From the NCBI GenBank assembly GCA_963831235.1, contig CAWHPS010000047.1, positions 2,306-66,305 of the forward strand: a stretch of DNA of 64,000 bases, given 5' to 3'. The position numbers were made by a program, and so were the translations under genes. Below the pieces are notes generated by a model. It was not told where the DNA came from. It searched no databases and saw nothing but the letters and a program-made list of their open reading frames with translations. The stretch comes from an uncultured Fibrobacterota bacterium. GTDB lineage: Bacteria > Fibrobacterota > OXYB2-FULL-49-7 > JAEUSG01. The number at the start of each line of letters is the position of its first letter. The stretch's first letter is position 1. Positions 17,411 to 25,802 of the stretch are shown piece after piece.

Positions 17411-19861
17411 ATGACGAAGATGCGAAACGAGTTCGACTATGCGGCGATCGTTGACCCGGAGGAAATGCGGGACGCCCGTCTGTATCTGGCGCCCATGCTG
17501 GAGACGGCGAGGGTCATCGCGGACACCCCTGGTGCAGGGCCTGAAATCGTCTGCGTGTCCCAAGGCTGGGGCACATTGCAGATCGGCCGCTCCGTGCACC
17601 ACAAAAAGACCCCTTTGTGTCTTGCGGGGAGGACGTTCGCGTCCGGGTTGGGAACCCATGCCGACAGCGAAATCCTGATTCGGCTTCCCGCCGGGGCTGG
17701 GCGATTAACGGGCCTGTGCGGCGTCAACGACAGCCTGGAGACGCGCCAGTTGACCGCCCATGCGCTGGTGTTTCGTATCGAGGTCGATGGTCAAGAGGTG
17801 TGGCGGAGCGGGCCCCAGGACGCCGGCACCGAGCCGGCGCGTGTCGATGCGCGGCTCGCCGGTTGCAAGCAGTTCACCTTGAAGGTCGAGGGGCCGAATA
17901 ATTATGGTCACGCAAATTGGGTCGATTTGAAAGCCACGTTGACCAACGGCAAGATCGTCGAAATTGGCAAGCCGCAAGCCGTTGACATCGGGTTCAGCTT
18001 CCGGTATGGCGGAAAACCGTCGGCGGGGTTTCTCGCGGCCTGGCGGCCGAAGAAACAGCGGTTGCCGGAGAAGGACGGCGTCGTTCTGCACCGGATTACC
18101 CGCACCGATCCGAAGACCGGGCTGGCGGTAATCTGCGAAATCAAGGAATACACACGGTTTCCGGTGGTGGAATGGGGCCTGCGCCTGAAGAACACCTCGA
18201 AGCGCAAGACGCCGCTCCTGGAGGACATCCGGTCTCTGGACACGGAACTGTGGCTCGGTCAGTTCCCATATCTGAACCACTGGAACGGCGACTACTGCGC
18301 GCAGGACGGCTACGAGCCGTTTCGGGTCTCGCTGGCGCATGAGGAGGAGTACCGGTTTGCGCCGGTGGGCGGCCGCCCGACCGATCGCGCCTGGCCGTAT
18401 TACAATCTCGAGTGCCCGAGCGCCAACTGCGGTCTGATCGTCGTGGTGGGTTGGTCCGGGCAATGGGCGTCTTGTTTTCGCGGACTCGACAATCACGCCG
18501 TCCACATTACCGCCGGCCAGGAGCTGACGCATTTCAAGCTTTTGCCGGGCGAGGAAGTGCGCACCCCGTTGTCGGTGCTGATGTTCTATCGCGGCGACCG
18601 GGTGCGCTCGCAGAACCTCTGGCGGCGGTGGATGCTGGCTCATAATCTGCCCCGGCCCGGCGGACGGCTGCCCGAGCCGATCCTGCCAGTGTACTGTGCA
18701 CAGGTGGGTACCGAAATGGCGGCGGAGACCGAGGAAACGCAGAAAGCCGGCATGGAACGCTACGTCGAGGAGGGGATCAAGCTCGATTACTGGTGGATGG
18801 ACGCGGGCTGGTACCCGTGCGATGGCCAGTGGTCCAAAACGGGCACGTGGGAGCCGGACTCGAAGCGCTTTCCACGCGGCCTGCGGGCCGTATGCGACCA
18901 CGCGCATGCCCGGGGCATGAAGACGCTGGTCTGGTTCGAGCCTGAGCGAGTGCATCCGGATACCTGGCTGTGGAAGGAGCGGCCCCAGTGGTTGCTCTCA
19001 TCCCAAAAGTCGAATTACCGGCTGCTCGACCTCGGCAACCCGGCAGCGCTGAAGTGGCTGATCAACCATGTGGTCCGGACGATCCGCGAGCAGGGGATCG
19101 ACCTGTACCGGCAGGATTTCAACTTCCAGCCGTTGCCGCACTGGCGCGCCAACGATGCGCCGGATCGGCAGGGGATCAGCGAGATCCGCCATGTCGAGGG
19201 GTATCTCGCCTATTGGACCGCGTTGCGTCAGCGGTTCCCCGGCATGCTGATCGACTCCTGCTCCAGCGGCGGGCGTCGCAACGACCTAGAAACCATGCGG
19301 CTTGCCGTGCCGTTCCACAAGACCGACTACAACTATGACGACCAGACGACCAAACAGGCGTTTCACCACACGCTGTCCTCATGGCTGCCGTATTACGGCG
19401 CGCTCTTGTTGGCGGAAGACATGGGGGATGTTTACGCGTTCCGCAGCTCGCTGGCCTCGATGACGTTGTTTGTCAACAACCTGCAGGGTGATGTGGACTG
19501 GCGCCAGTTGAAGCGCTTCACCGAGGAATGGCGGCGCATCACCGGCGCCGGGTATTTCTACGGCGACTACTATCCCCTGACCCCCTACAACCGCGACGAG
19601 ACCCAGTGGATCGCCTGGCAGTTTCACCGGCCGGATACCGGCAAGGGCCTGGTGCAGGCGTTCCGGCGCAAAGATAGCAAGGTTGTGTCAACCCGATTCC
19701 ATTTGCAGGGGCTGGAACTCGACGTGTCGTATGTCATAACGGACGTGGATGCACCGAAAAAAAGGATCACCCTGTCCGGCAAGGAACTGATGACTTCCGG
19801 CCTGATGATAGAGATGCGTCGGGCGCCACAGGCGGCGGTAATCCTGTACCAGAAGGCGTGA
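17411..19861 (+). CDS. GH36-type alpha-galactosidase with an N-terminal NPCBM-like carbohydrate-binding module
   Basis: DYWWMDAGWY, GMKTLVWFEPERV, YRQDFN and SCSSGGRRNDLE motifs. N-terminus has GLGTHADSEI...ANWVDLKATL. The CDS is conspicuously GC-rich and all other frames are open. Confidence 0.7.
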   Translation: MTKMRNEFDYAAIVDPEEMRDARLYLAPMLETARVIADTPGAGPEIVCVSQGWGTLQIGRSVHHKKTPLCLAGRTFASGLGTHADSEILIRLPAGAGRLTGLCGVNDSLETRQLTAHALVFRIEVDGQEVWRSGPQDAGTEPARVDARLAGCKQFTLKVEGPNNYGHANWVDLKATLTNGKIVEIGKPQAVDIGFSFRYGGKPSAGFLAAWRPKKQRLPEKDGVVLHRITRTDPKTGLAVICEIKEYTRFPVVEWGLRLKNTSKRKTPLLEDIRSLDTELWLGQFPYLNHWNGDYCAQDGYEPFRVSLAHEEEYRFAPVGGRPTDRAWPYYNLECPSANCGLIVVVGWSGQWASCFRGLDNHAVHITAGQELTHFKLLPGEEVRTPLSVLMFYRGDRVRSQNLWRRWMLAHNLPRPGGRLPEPILPVYCAQVGTEMAAETEETQKAGMERYVEEGIKLDYWWMDAGWYPCDGQWSKTGTWEPDSKRFPRGLRAVCDHAHARGMKTLVWFEPERVHPDTWLWKERPQWLLSSQKSNYRLLDLGNPAALKWLINHVVRTIREQGIDLYRQDFNFQPLPHWRANDAPDRQGISEIRHVEGYLAYWTALRQRFPGMLIDSCSSGGRRNDLETMRLAVPFHKTDYNYDDQTTKQAFHHTLSSWLPYYGALLLAEDMGDVYAFRSSLASMTLFVNNLQGDVDWRQLKRFTEEWRRITGAGYFYGDYYPLTPYNRDETQWIAWQFHRPDTGKGLVQAFRRKDSKVVSTRFHLQGLELDVSYVITDVDAPKKRITLSGKELMTSGLMIEMRRAPQAAVILYQKA

Positions 19862-19888
19862 ATAGAAGCAGAGAATGTCGTTTGTCGC

Positions 19889-20017
19889 GCCATAACGGCG
19901 GGTTGTGTTGCGCGCGCTGGCGAGCGTCCAGCGAGCTTTTATATCAAAGGCAACAAAATCCATAATTAATATTTGTTGCCCTCTTTGCGCGCGTCAATAC
20001 CAACCCGATAGTTGGGC
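19889..20017 (-). repeat. integron attC site 3
   Basis: GCCATAAC R' box, standard L arms, GTTGGGC R'' box. Confidence 0.8.
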
Positions 20018-20141
20018 TTGCACCGAGGCTCATGTCCACCGCCCACTTCTCCGGCAATTTCAGCATCTCAGTTAAGTTGCAGAAAATACTTGAAGTATGG
20101 TTATTATTATGGTATTTTATATGGCGAAAGGTTAAAGATAG

Positions 20142-20432
20142 ATGAACCATCCCGATTTCGACTGGGATTCTAATAAAAGTGCAAACAATCTTGAAAAACA
20201 TGGGATTGATTTCAGTTTTGCTCAAATTGCGTTTAAAGATACCCAAAGAGTAATAGTGCTTGATGTAAAACATAGCACTGATCAAGAAAAGCGTTACTTT
20301 TGCTATGGAATGATTGGCGATAAGGTAGCAACTGTGCGTTTTACCTGGAGAACAGATAAAATAAGAATATTTGGCGCTGGGTTTTGGCGAGAAGGGAGAA
20401 AAAAGTATTATGAAGAAAATGGAATACACTAA
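20142..20432 (+). CDS. brnT: BrnT (DUF497) toxin
   Basis: FDWDSNKSANNLEKHGIDFSFAQIAF ... KIRIFGAGFWREGRKKY. Confidence 0.75.
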   Translation: MNHPDFDWDSNKSANNLEKHGIDFSFAQIAFKDTQRVIVLDVKHSTDQEKRYFCYGMIGDKVATVRFTWRTDKIRIFGAGFWREGRKKYYEENGIH

Positions 20433-20658
20433 TGCTCCGGCTGAAGTAGCGAAAGCAATTGAAAGTGGTGTTGTTATCAAGGACTTTTTGCCTTCACCAG
20501 ACAAATTAGTTTTTAAAGAAGATAACATAAAAGTCACTTTAGAATTAAGTAAAAGAAGCGTCACTCTTTTTAAGAAATATGCCCAAAAGAGTGGCGTGAA
20601 ATATCAGCGCATGATGCGTAATCTGATCGATCAATACGCGAGTAAAACGCTTGTTTAG
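20410..20658 (+). CDS. brnA: BrnA-like antitoxin
   Basis: ATG at 20410 (MKKMEYTN) overlaps the brnT end. The C-terminus is RHH-like (SVTLFKKYAQKSGVKYQRMMRNLIDQY). Confidence 0.6.
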   Translation: MKKMEYTNAPAEVAKAIESGVVIKDFLPSPDKLVFKEDNIKVTLELSKRSVTLFKKYAQKSGVKYQRMMRNLIDQYASKTLV

Positions 20659-20900
20659 CTCTATCATCATTTTTATTTAATAAAGCACATTACGCATTGT
20701 GCTTTTCAGTTAAGCGATCCCAGACGCCGGTCTTTGTGGTATATTTTAGCAATCGAATACGCATGCCTTAAATCCGGTGCCGTTACGTTTTGTGCCTTTT
20801 TAGTTAAGTTTATCTTGACACCGGATTTCGTCCCTATCTCTTCATTTCGAACACCGAATCAATTATGGTTCACTTGTTGAACTGCTCTGCTATTTCCGGC

Positions 20901-21917
20901 ACCGGGTGGGTCGGGGGCCTCTCGGCCCCGTTCCCCCCTCAGAACCGTACGTGACAGTTTCCCGTCATACGGCTCAAGCATTCATAAGGCAACACCTTGC
21001 TTTTGTGCCACCCAGACGTAACCTTGTGGCCAACTCGCTTACCATACGGATGGTTATTGCACTTAGCGCGTATAATCCGTACAGCGTGAATCCGGTTACG
21101 GCCTTTGCGATACGCACCAGCAGGCCCTAAGTCGCTGTCGACGGGAGGGGGCCCGATTTGCACATAAGTCGCGTCAGTTTCAGACGCCTTTTTGGTGTCG
21201 CCACCATGCAAACCACCATAGCGTTCCCTCCTGGAAGGGTTCTCCTGATTATCTCGCAGTAGAACACCAGCATAGACCGTCAGCCTCCCATACGGGTGAG
21301 ATAATGTTCCACCGTCGTCAATCGGCGGTCAATCTCTATCTCCCTCATTACAAGAGAGCATTCGCTTCTGTCAGCTTCTCACCCCATACCTCCATCAACC
21401 CACCTTGCGGCCAGTCTGCTCTTCCAGTAGCAAAGAGCGTAGCTATGAGGTTACTTCGTTCCGTGTTTTGACCCATTGGATGCTTTAGGTTTGCGTAGTC
21501 CGCCGGTGGGGCTATTATCCGTGCCGGGACTAGTTGGAGAGTCCCCAGCCACCCACATCCGCCTTGCGACGGACACAGGCCTGTCAATTCCTTTGGCCTG
21601 CTACCTTCGTGACGACGGTTAACCGCATTCAGTTAGTTTAACCATGGCATCCTATTCTATGCCCGACTTTGCCGGAATGGAATTATCCGGAGAGACCCAG
21701 CCTCGCGGCTTGGCCCCTGCACTTTTGAATGTGCTGAGCACTTTGTCCGGGAGGCTTCATACCCACCGTAACAGGATTACGGCACGCATGCTCCCGTAGA
21801 ATCTCGATGACGGAACATCGGGTCTGACAGGTTACCATCATGACGAGTGCGATATTCTCGTCTTATCAGCCAATGGCAGCCTTCAGACAGTCAAAGAACA
21901 CAGTTGACGAATCGCGA
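20901..21917 (-). mobile_element. ORF-less group II intron-like element, copy 3 (1017 nt)
   Basis: No differences from copy 2 were detected. Domain V at 20942-20975. Flanked by the leader ...TTTCCGGC and by attC-4. Confidence 0.7.
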
Positions 21918-22041
21918 GCAACGGCGGGTTGTGTTGCGCGCGCTGCGAGCTTCCAGCGAGCTTTATATTAAAGGCAACAAAATCTATAATCTATTTTTGT
22001 TGCCATCTTTGCGCGCGTCAATACCAACCCGATAGTTGGGG
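21918..22041 (-). repeat. integron attC site 4 (R' split by intron copy 3)
   Basis: GCAACGGCGGGTTGTGTTGCGCGCGC ... GCGCGCGTCAATACCAACCCGATAGTTGGGG. Confidence 0.8.
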
Positions 22042-22376
22042 CTGCACCGCGAATTCGCCCGCGTACCAAGCCTCCGCGGTGTCAGCATTTCCGGCGCATT
22101 ACGTCTTGTGTCTTTTTAGTTAAGTTGATCTTGCGCCGGTCTTTTTTTTATGGACCTGTACCTATTCCAAAGAATCCTGCATTTTGAATCATTTCCTTGG
22201 ACCATCCAAATAAAACAGTCTGTATTGCCGGACTCCTCTGCCAAATTTGGTTTCAAATAGTGTACATAATATCGGGTGCATTCCCGATTTGTTGGTGTTT
22301 TTTAAGCCAAGTATTGACATTGACCCTTTTTTTTAGTATATTTCCGATAGCAATTATAATGCAATCGGAAAGGAGC

Positions 22377-22727
22377 ATGCCCATGTCCGCCAATAAACGT
22401 CCTGTCCAACAGGTTAAGGACGCACTTTATCGACTTGGCCCTTTGTTGCCTGGCAGCATCAGCACCCAATGGAATGTCTGCGGAAAAGCGGGTTGCCGTT
22501 GCAAAGACCCCGAAAAGCCTCGTAAACACGGCCCTTATTACCAGCTCAGCTTTACCGTTGGCGGGAAGAGCTCCTCAATGTTCATTAAGGCCGCCGATAT
22601 ATCCGCTGTACGAGAATGTATAAAGCGCTATAGACAATTCAAAAAACTCAACAACACCCTGTTAAACGCCTATTTGCTATGGGCGCGTAACGGAGGATTA
22701 CAGCAATCAAAGGAGAAAAAGCTATGA
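22377..22727 (+). CDS. IS accessory zinc-ribbon protein (orfA)
   Basis: ATG at 22377 with GGAAAGGAG upstream. WNVCGKAGCRCKDPEKPRKHGPYYQLSF motif. ATGA overlap with the next ORF. Confidence 0.6.
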   Translation: MPMSANKRPVQQVKDALYRLGPLLPGSISTQWNVCGKAGCRCKDPEKPRKHGPYYQLSFTVGGKSSSMFIKAADISAVRECIKRYRQFKKLNNTLLNAYLLWARNGGLQQSKEKKL

Positions 22728-24138
22728 GCGGGAATATGTCTGAACAGGAGAGAGAAGAACTCAAACTTCGCATGATGGAACAAATAGAGGGCTTGTTGAA
22801 CAAGATTGCCGACACCGGCGTCGTACGCAACGCGGAACAATTGCGAAAAGCCGAACTGGAGATTGCCGCAATTACCGATGGAATGGCCGGGGATGTCATC
22901 AAAACTGTCATCAAACACTCTCTGCAAGACCAGTACCTTATTACCCAGGGACAGTTATTGGCAAAGGGGGCTACCGTACGCATGAAAAACCACGGCAAGC
23001 GTGATGTCGTGATACAGCCCTATCGAGGCGATCCTTTTACTGTAGAAACGACCTATTACTACAAGGCGGGGCAGGTTCACCGGCCTGCAGCAAAAAAAAA
23101 GGGTTCTTTCCCGAATTAACACTGCTTGGCGTCCTCGCCCACCATACGCCGGTGGCCGCAAGTGAGATAACGCAATTGGCTACGGCGTTATGCTCACTCA
23201 AGGAAGCCGTTGTGATACTCCAGGAACGAGGACGCAGCATTGATATCAAGACCCTGCGCCGTCTGACCTATCATTTCGCCGATACAGCCCGTTCAGTACA
23301 GCAAACCATCCCCCTCACTCTTTCCAATACCGTTGCGGGCAAACGATGTGCTGTTTCCGTGGATGGTGGACGCATCCGAATTCGTACGCCCAAGCAGGGT
23401 AAAAAGACCTCGAAAAAGCGAAGTCGTTTCAAGGCAGATTGGCGTGAACCCAAACTGCTCCATATCTGGCTTCTGGAGGGTGATGGGACTATCTGTCGTG
23501 ATTTTGCGCCGTGGATTGACGGCACGCTGAATGGTCCCGATGCCGTCTTCATGCTCCTTGGATATTACCTGACAGCACTCAATATCACCAGCGCCGATCA
23601 GGTCCTTTTTATTGCTGACGGAGCACCTTGGATATGGGCCCGGGTTCCGCTGCTCATAAAAGAACTCGGGCTTGACCCGGCAAAGGTCTACCAAATTGTT
23701 GATTTCTATCATGCCGTGGAGCACCTCAACGCCGTGGCAAAGCTGTGCAAGCGTTGGCCGGAAAAACGACGCCGTCAATGGGTAAGCCGCTTAAAGGGTT
23801 ATCTGTGGGTGGGAAAGAATGAGGAGGTTGTGGAGGCAGTACGCGAAATCTCTCGGGGTCGAAATGGCAAACTGATAACGCGTGAAAGAAATTATTTCGA
23901 AGGTAATATTCAGAGAATGCAATACGCATTGGCCCGGAAAAACAATCTCCCCATTGGCAGCGGCCCAATGGAAAGCGCAATCAGGCGAGTGGTGAATCTG
24001 CGCATGAAAGGAAATGGCATCTTTTGGCTGGAACAGAATGCGGAAGCTATGATCATGCTACGCTCATACTACAAAGCGGGACGCTGGAACGATCTCTTTC
24101 TCATGGCAACCACCGCATCGGCAGGAGATCACTCATAA
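22724..24138 (+). CDS. IS transposase in two frames (22724-23119 and 23005-24138), joined by a -1 shift at A9
   Basis: ADGAPWIWARV and VDFYHAVEHLN blocks (UPF0236/ISKra4-like). The A9 tract at 23092-23100 lies in the 115-nt overlap. The -1 product reads ...AAKKKGFFPELTLLGV... Confidence 0.65.
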
Positions 24139-24835
24139 TGTCACCCACAAAACGGGAATGCACCCCATAATATCCAACCCTAAAGCATCGTAACCCAAGA
24201 ATGGCCTCACAGAATCCTCCATCCGCGCTAAACTTGAAATCTTTCCATTTAACCTCTACAATTGACGACACGGCTATTGAGTCTATATTTTCTTGCTCTA
24301 TTTTCCACTTTTCAAAAGTTTGAGGAAAACCAAAGCCTGCAGCACTACCGTCTTTGCTCTTGCATGATATAGATACCTGTGAAAGAATAGAATAAGCATC
24401 TTTATACTTATGCACTGCAATGTTTTGAAAATAATTCCGAATTGTTTGAAAATATATACTGTCAGAAGGATTGCTTTGGATTGAAGCGGCCAAAAACAGG
24501 AGCGCAAGAATCGATTTGGTAATTGTTTTCATTTTGGCCTCTTTTTCTTAAACTCTCGATTTTGTTTTACTTGCGTTGCCTTCCACAAAGGATTTTGTCT
24601 TTATTCCGGCGCCGTTACGATTTGTGCCTTTTCAGTTAAGTTTATCTTGGCGCCGGTTGCATTTCTGGTATTTTTATAGCCCTCGAATACACATGCCTTT
24701 AATCCGGTGCCGTTACGCCAGTTGCTTTTCAGTTACATTTATCTTGGCACCGGATTTCGTCCTCATTTCTTCATTCCACTTAATTGTGCTCTGCACCAAT
24801 TACAGTTCTGCTTGTTGGGCTGCTCCGCTTTTGCC

Positions 24836-24963
24836 GGCACAACGGCGGGTTGTGTTGCGCGCGCCGCGAGCGTCAAGCGAGCTTTCAAATAAAAGGCAAC
24901 AAAGTCTATAATATATTTTTGTTGCCCTCTTTGCGCGCGTCAATACCAACCCGTTAGTTGGGC
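24836..24963 (-). repeat. integron attC site 5
   Basis: GGCACAAC R' box, L arms, GTTGGGC R'' box. Confidence 0.8.
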
Positions 24964-24964
24964 T

Positions 24965-25004
24965 GCACTGCGGTTTGCCACCCTGCTCAGCTTCCCGCAG
25001 TGTC
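24965..25004 (-). repeat. H module: conserved hairpin abutting R'' (representative copy)
   Basis: GCACTGCGG ... CCGCAGTG(T)C stem around a ~21-nt variable loop. A similar hairpin follows most attC sites. Confidence 0.6.
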
Positions 25005-25043
25005 GGCATTTTGGCTATCTATTTGCCTTTCATTTTGCATTTC

Positions 25044-25078
25044 GACGCCGCCCAGCTTGCGTTACCTTCCCGCGAAGG
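25044..25078 (-). repeat. N module (representative copy)
   Basis: GACGCCGCCCAGCTTGCGTTACCTTCCCGCGAAGG with an internal CCTTC/GAAGG mini-hairpin. Recurs singly or in tandem, for example at 40246-40400. Confidence 0.55.
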
Positions 25079-25092
25079 ATTTTGCTTTTCTT

Positions 25093-25142
25093 CCGGCGCC
25101 ATTACGCGTTGTGTTTTTCAGTTAAGTGTTTCAAGGCGCCGG
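25093..25142 (-). repeat. M module, subtype a (representative copy)
   Basis: CCGGCGCC-ATTACGCGTTGTGTTTTTCAGTTAAGTGTTTCAA-GGCGCCGG. An 8-bp stem closes a conserved ~34-nt loop. Confidence 0.65.
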
Positions 25143-25185
25143 TCTTCATGGTATATTTTAGCCCTCGAATAAGTATGCCTTTAAT
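25143..25185. promoter_or_regulatory. P-box: promoter-like spacer between the two M modules
   Basis: The plus strand has TGGTATATT (extended -10 like). The minus strand has TAAAAT (25155-25160) with TTAAAG 18 nt upstream. Confidence 0.35.
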
Positions 25186-25236
25186 CCGGTGCCGTTACGT
25201 TTTGTGCCTTTTTAGTTACGTTTATCTTGGCACCGG
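25186..25236 (-). repeat. M module, subtype b (representative copy)
   Basis: CCGGTGCC-GTTACGTTTTGTGCCTTTTTAGTTACGTTTATCTT-GGCACCGG. The internal GTGCC (25204-25208) can compete with the 5' stem for GGCAC. Confidence 0.65.
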
Positions 25237-25318
25237 ATTTCGTCCTTATCCATTCATTCAACTTAATTGCGCTCTGCGTCAATTACAGTTCTGCTTGTTG
25301 GGCTGCTCTGCTTTTGCC
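25237..25318 (-). repeat. Box A: conserved cassette 5' leader segment adjoining R'
   Basis: Present next to R' in most cassettes, in two sequence variants. Contains a second RYYYAAC/GTTRRRY-like pair and a TAATTG/CAATTA hairpin. Confidence 0.55.
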
Positions 25319-25448
25319 GGCACAACGGCGGGTTGTGTTGCGCGCGCTTTGCGAGCGACAAGCGAGCTTTTATATCAAAGGCAACAAAATCTATAATCAA
25401 TATTTGTTGCCCTCTTTGCGCGCGTCAATACCAACCCGATAGTTGGGC
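25319..25448 (-). repeat. integron attC site 6
   Basis: GGCACAAC ... GTTGGGC with standard L arms. Confidence 0.8.
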
Positions 25449-25802
25449 CTACACCGAGGCTCATTGCAAACACCGAGCTCTCCGACTCTGTCCTTTTTTC
25501 CTTCGACGCCGCCCATCTGTTAACACATTCACATAAGGCGATACTGCATTTCCCTCTATCCTGCAACACTACACTCTTACGTTACATGCTGACAAAGGAT
25601 TTTTATATCTTATTTCAAAACGCACCGCCTCCCTTTCGGCTGTACCAATGTTTACGCTTACCTGACAGAATCGAATCCTTCTAACTTTTCTTCAATATTT
25701 TCCGAAAATATTACGTCTTGTGTTTTTCAGTTATATGATCCAAGCGCCGGATTTAGTCCTTACGTCCCGCTCCGTCCTTGGCTCAAACCGATACTATGGA
25801 GC

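Larger units (their letters stand above)
22274..24165 (+). mobile_element. insertion sequence (1892 bp, ISKra4/ISLre2-like)
   Basis: Inverted repeats GGGTGCATTCCCGATTTGTTGGTG (22274-22297) and CACCCACAAAACGGGAATGCACCC (24142-24165), with 2 mismatches. 9-bp direct repeat CATAATATC at 22265-22273 and 24166-24174. Confidence 0.85.
22116..24532 (-). pseudogene. cassette ORF (secreted protein of unknown function) interrupted by an IS
   Basis: N-terminal part 24532-24166 (signal peptide MKTITKSILALLFLAASIQS). It continues in frame at 22273-22116 after the IS and one 9-bp repeat are removed. Confidence 0.6.

Noticed and set aside
17437-19963. A dozen overlapping ORFs on both strands inside the GH36 gene, including a 416-aa minus-strand ORF.
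   Set aside because: These are typical shadow ORFs of GC-rich DNA. They give Arg/Pro/Ala-rich nonsense translations, and only the 816-aa frame has recognisable enzyme motifs.
24800-25009. Conserved about 70-aa minus-strand ORFs (MPTLREAEQGGKPQCSPTNGLVLTRAKRATK...), repeated at 37934-38146, 39984-40211, 44894-45106 and elsewhere (related MPERWVFAMSLGV... versions also occur).
   Set aside because: They span the attC sites themselves. Their conservation is nucleotide-level conservation of the recombination site, their ends vary with the flanks, and no RBS or coding periodicity is evident.
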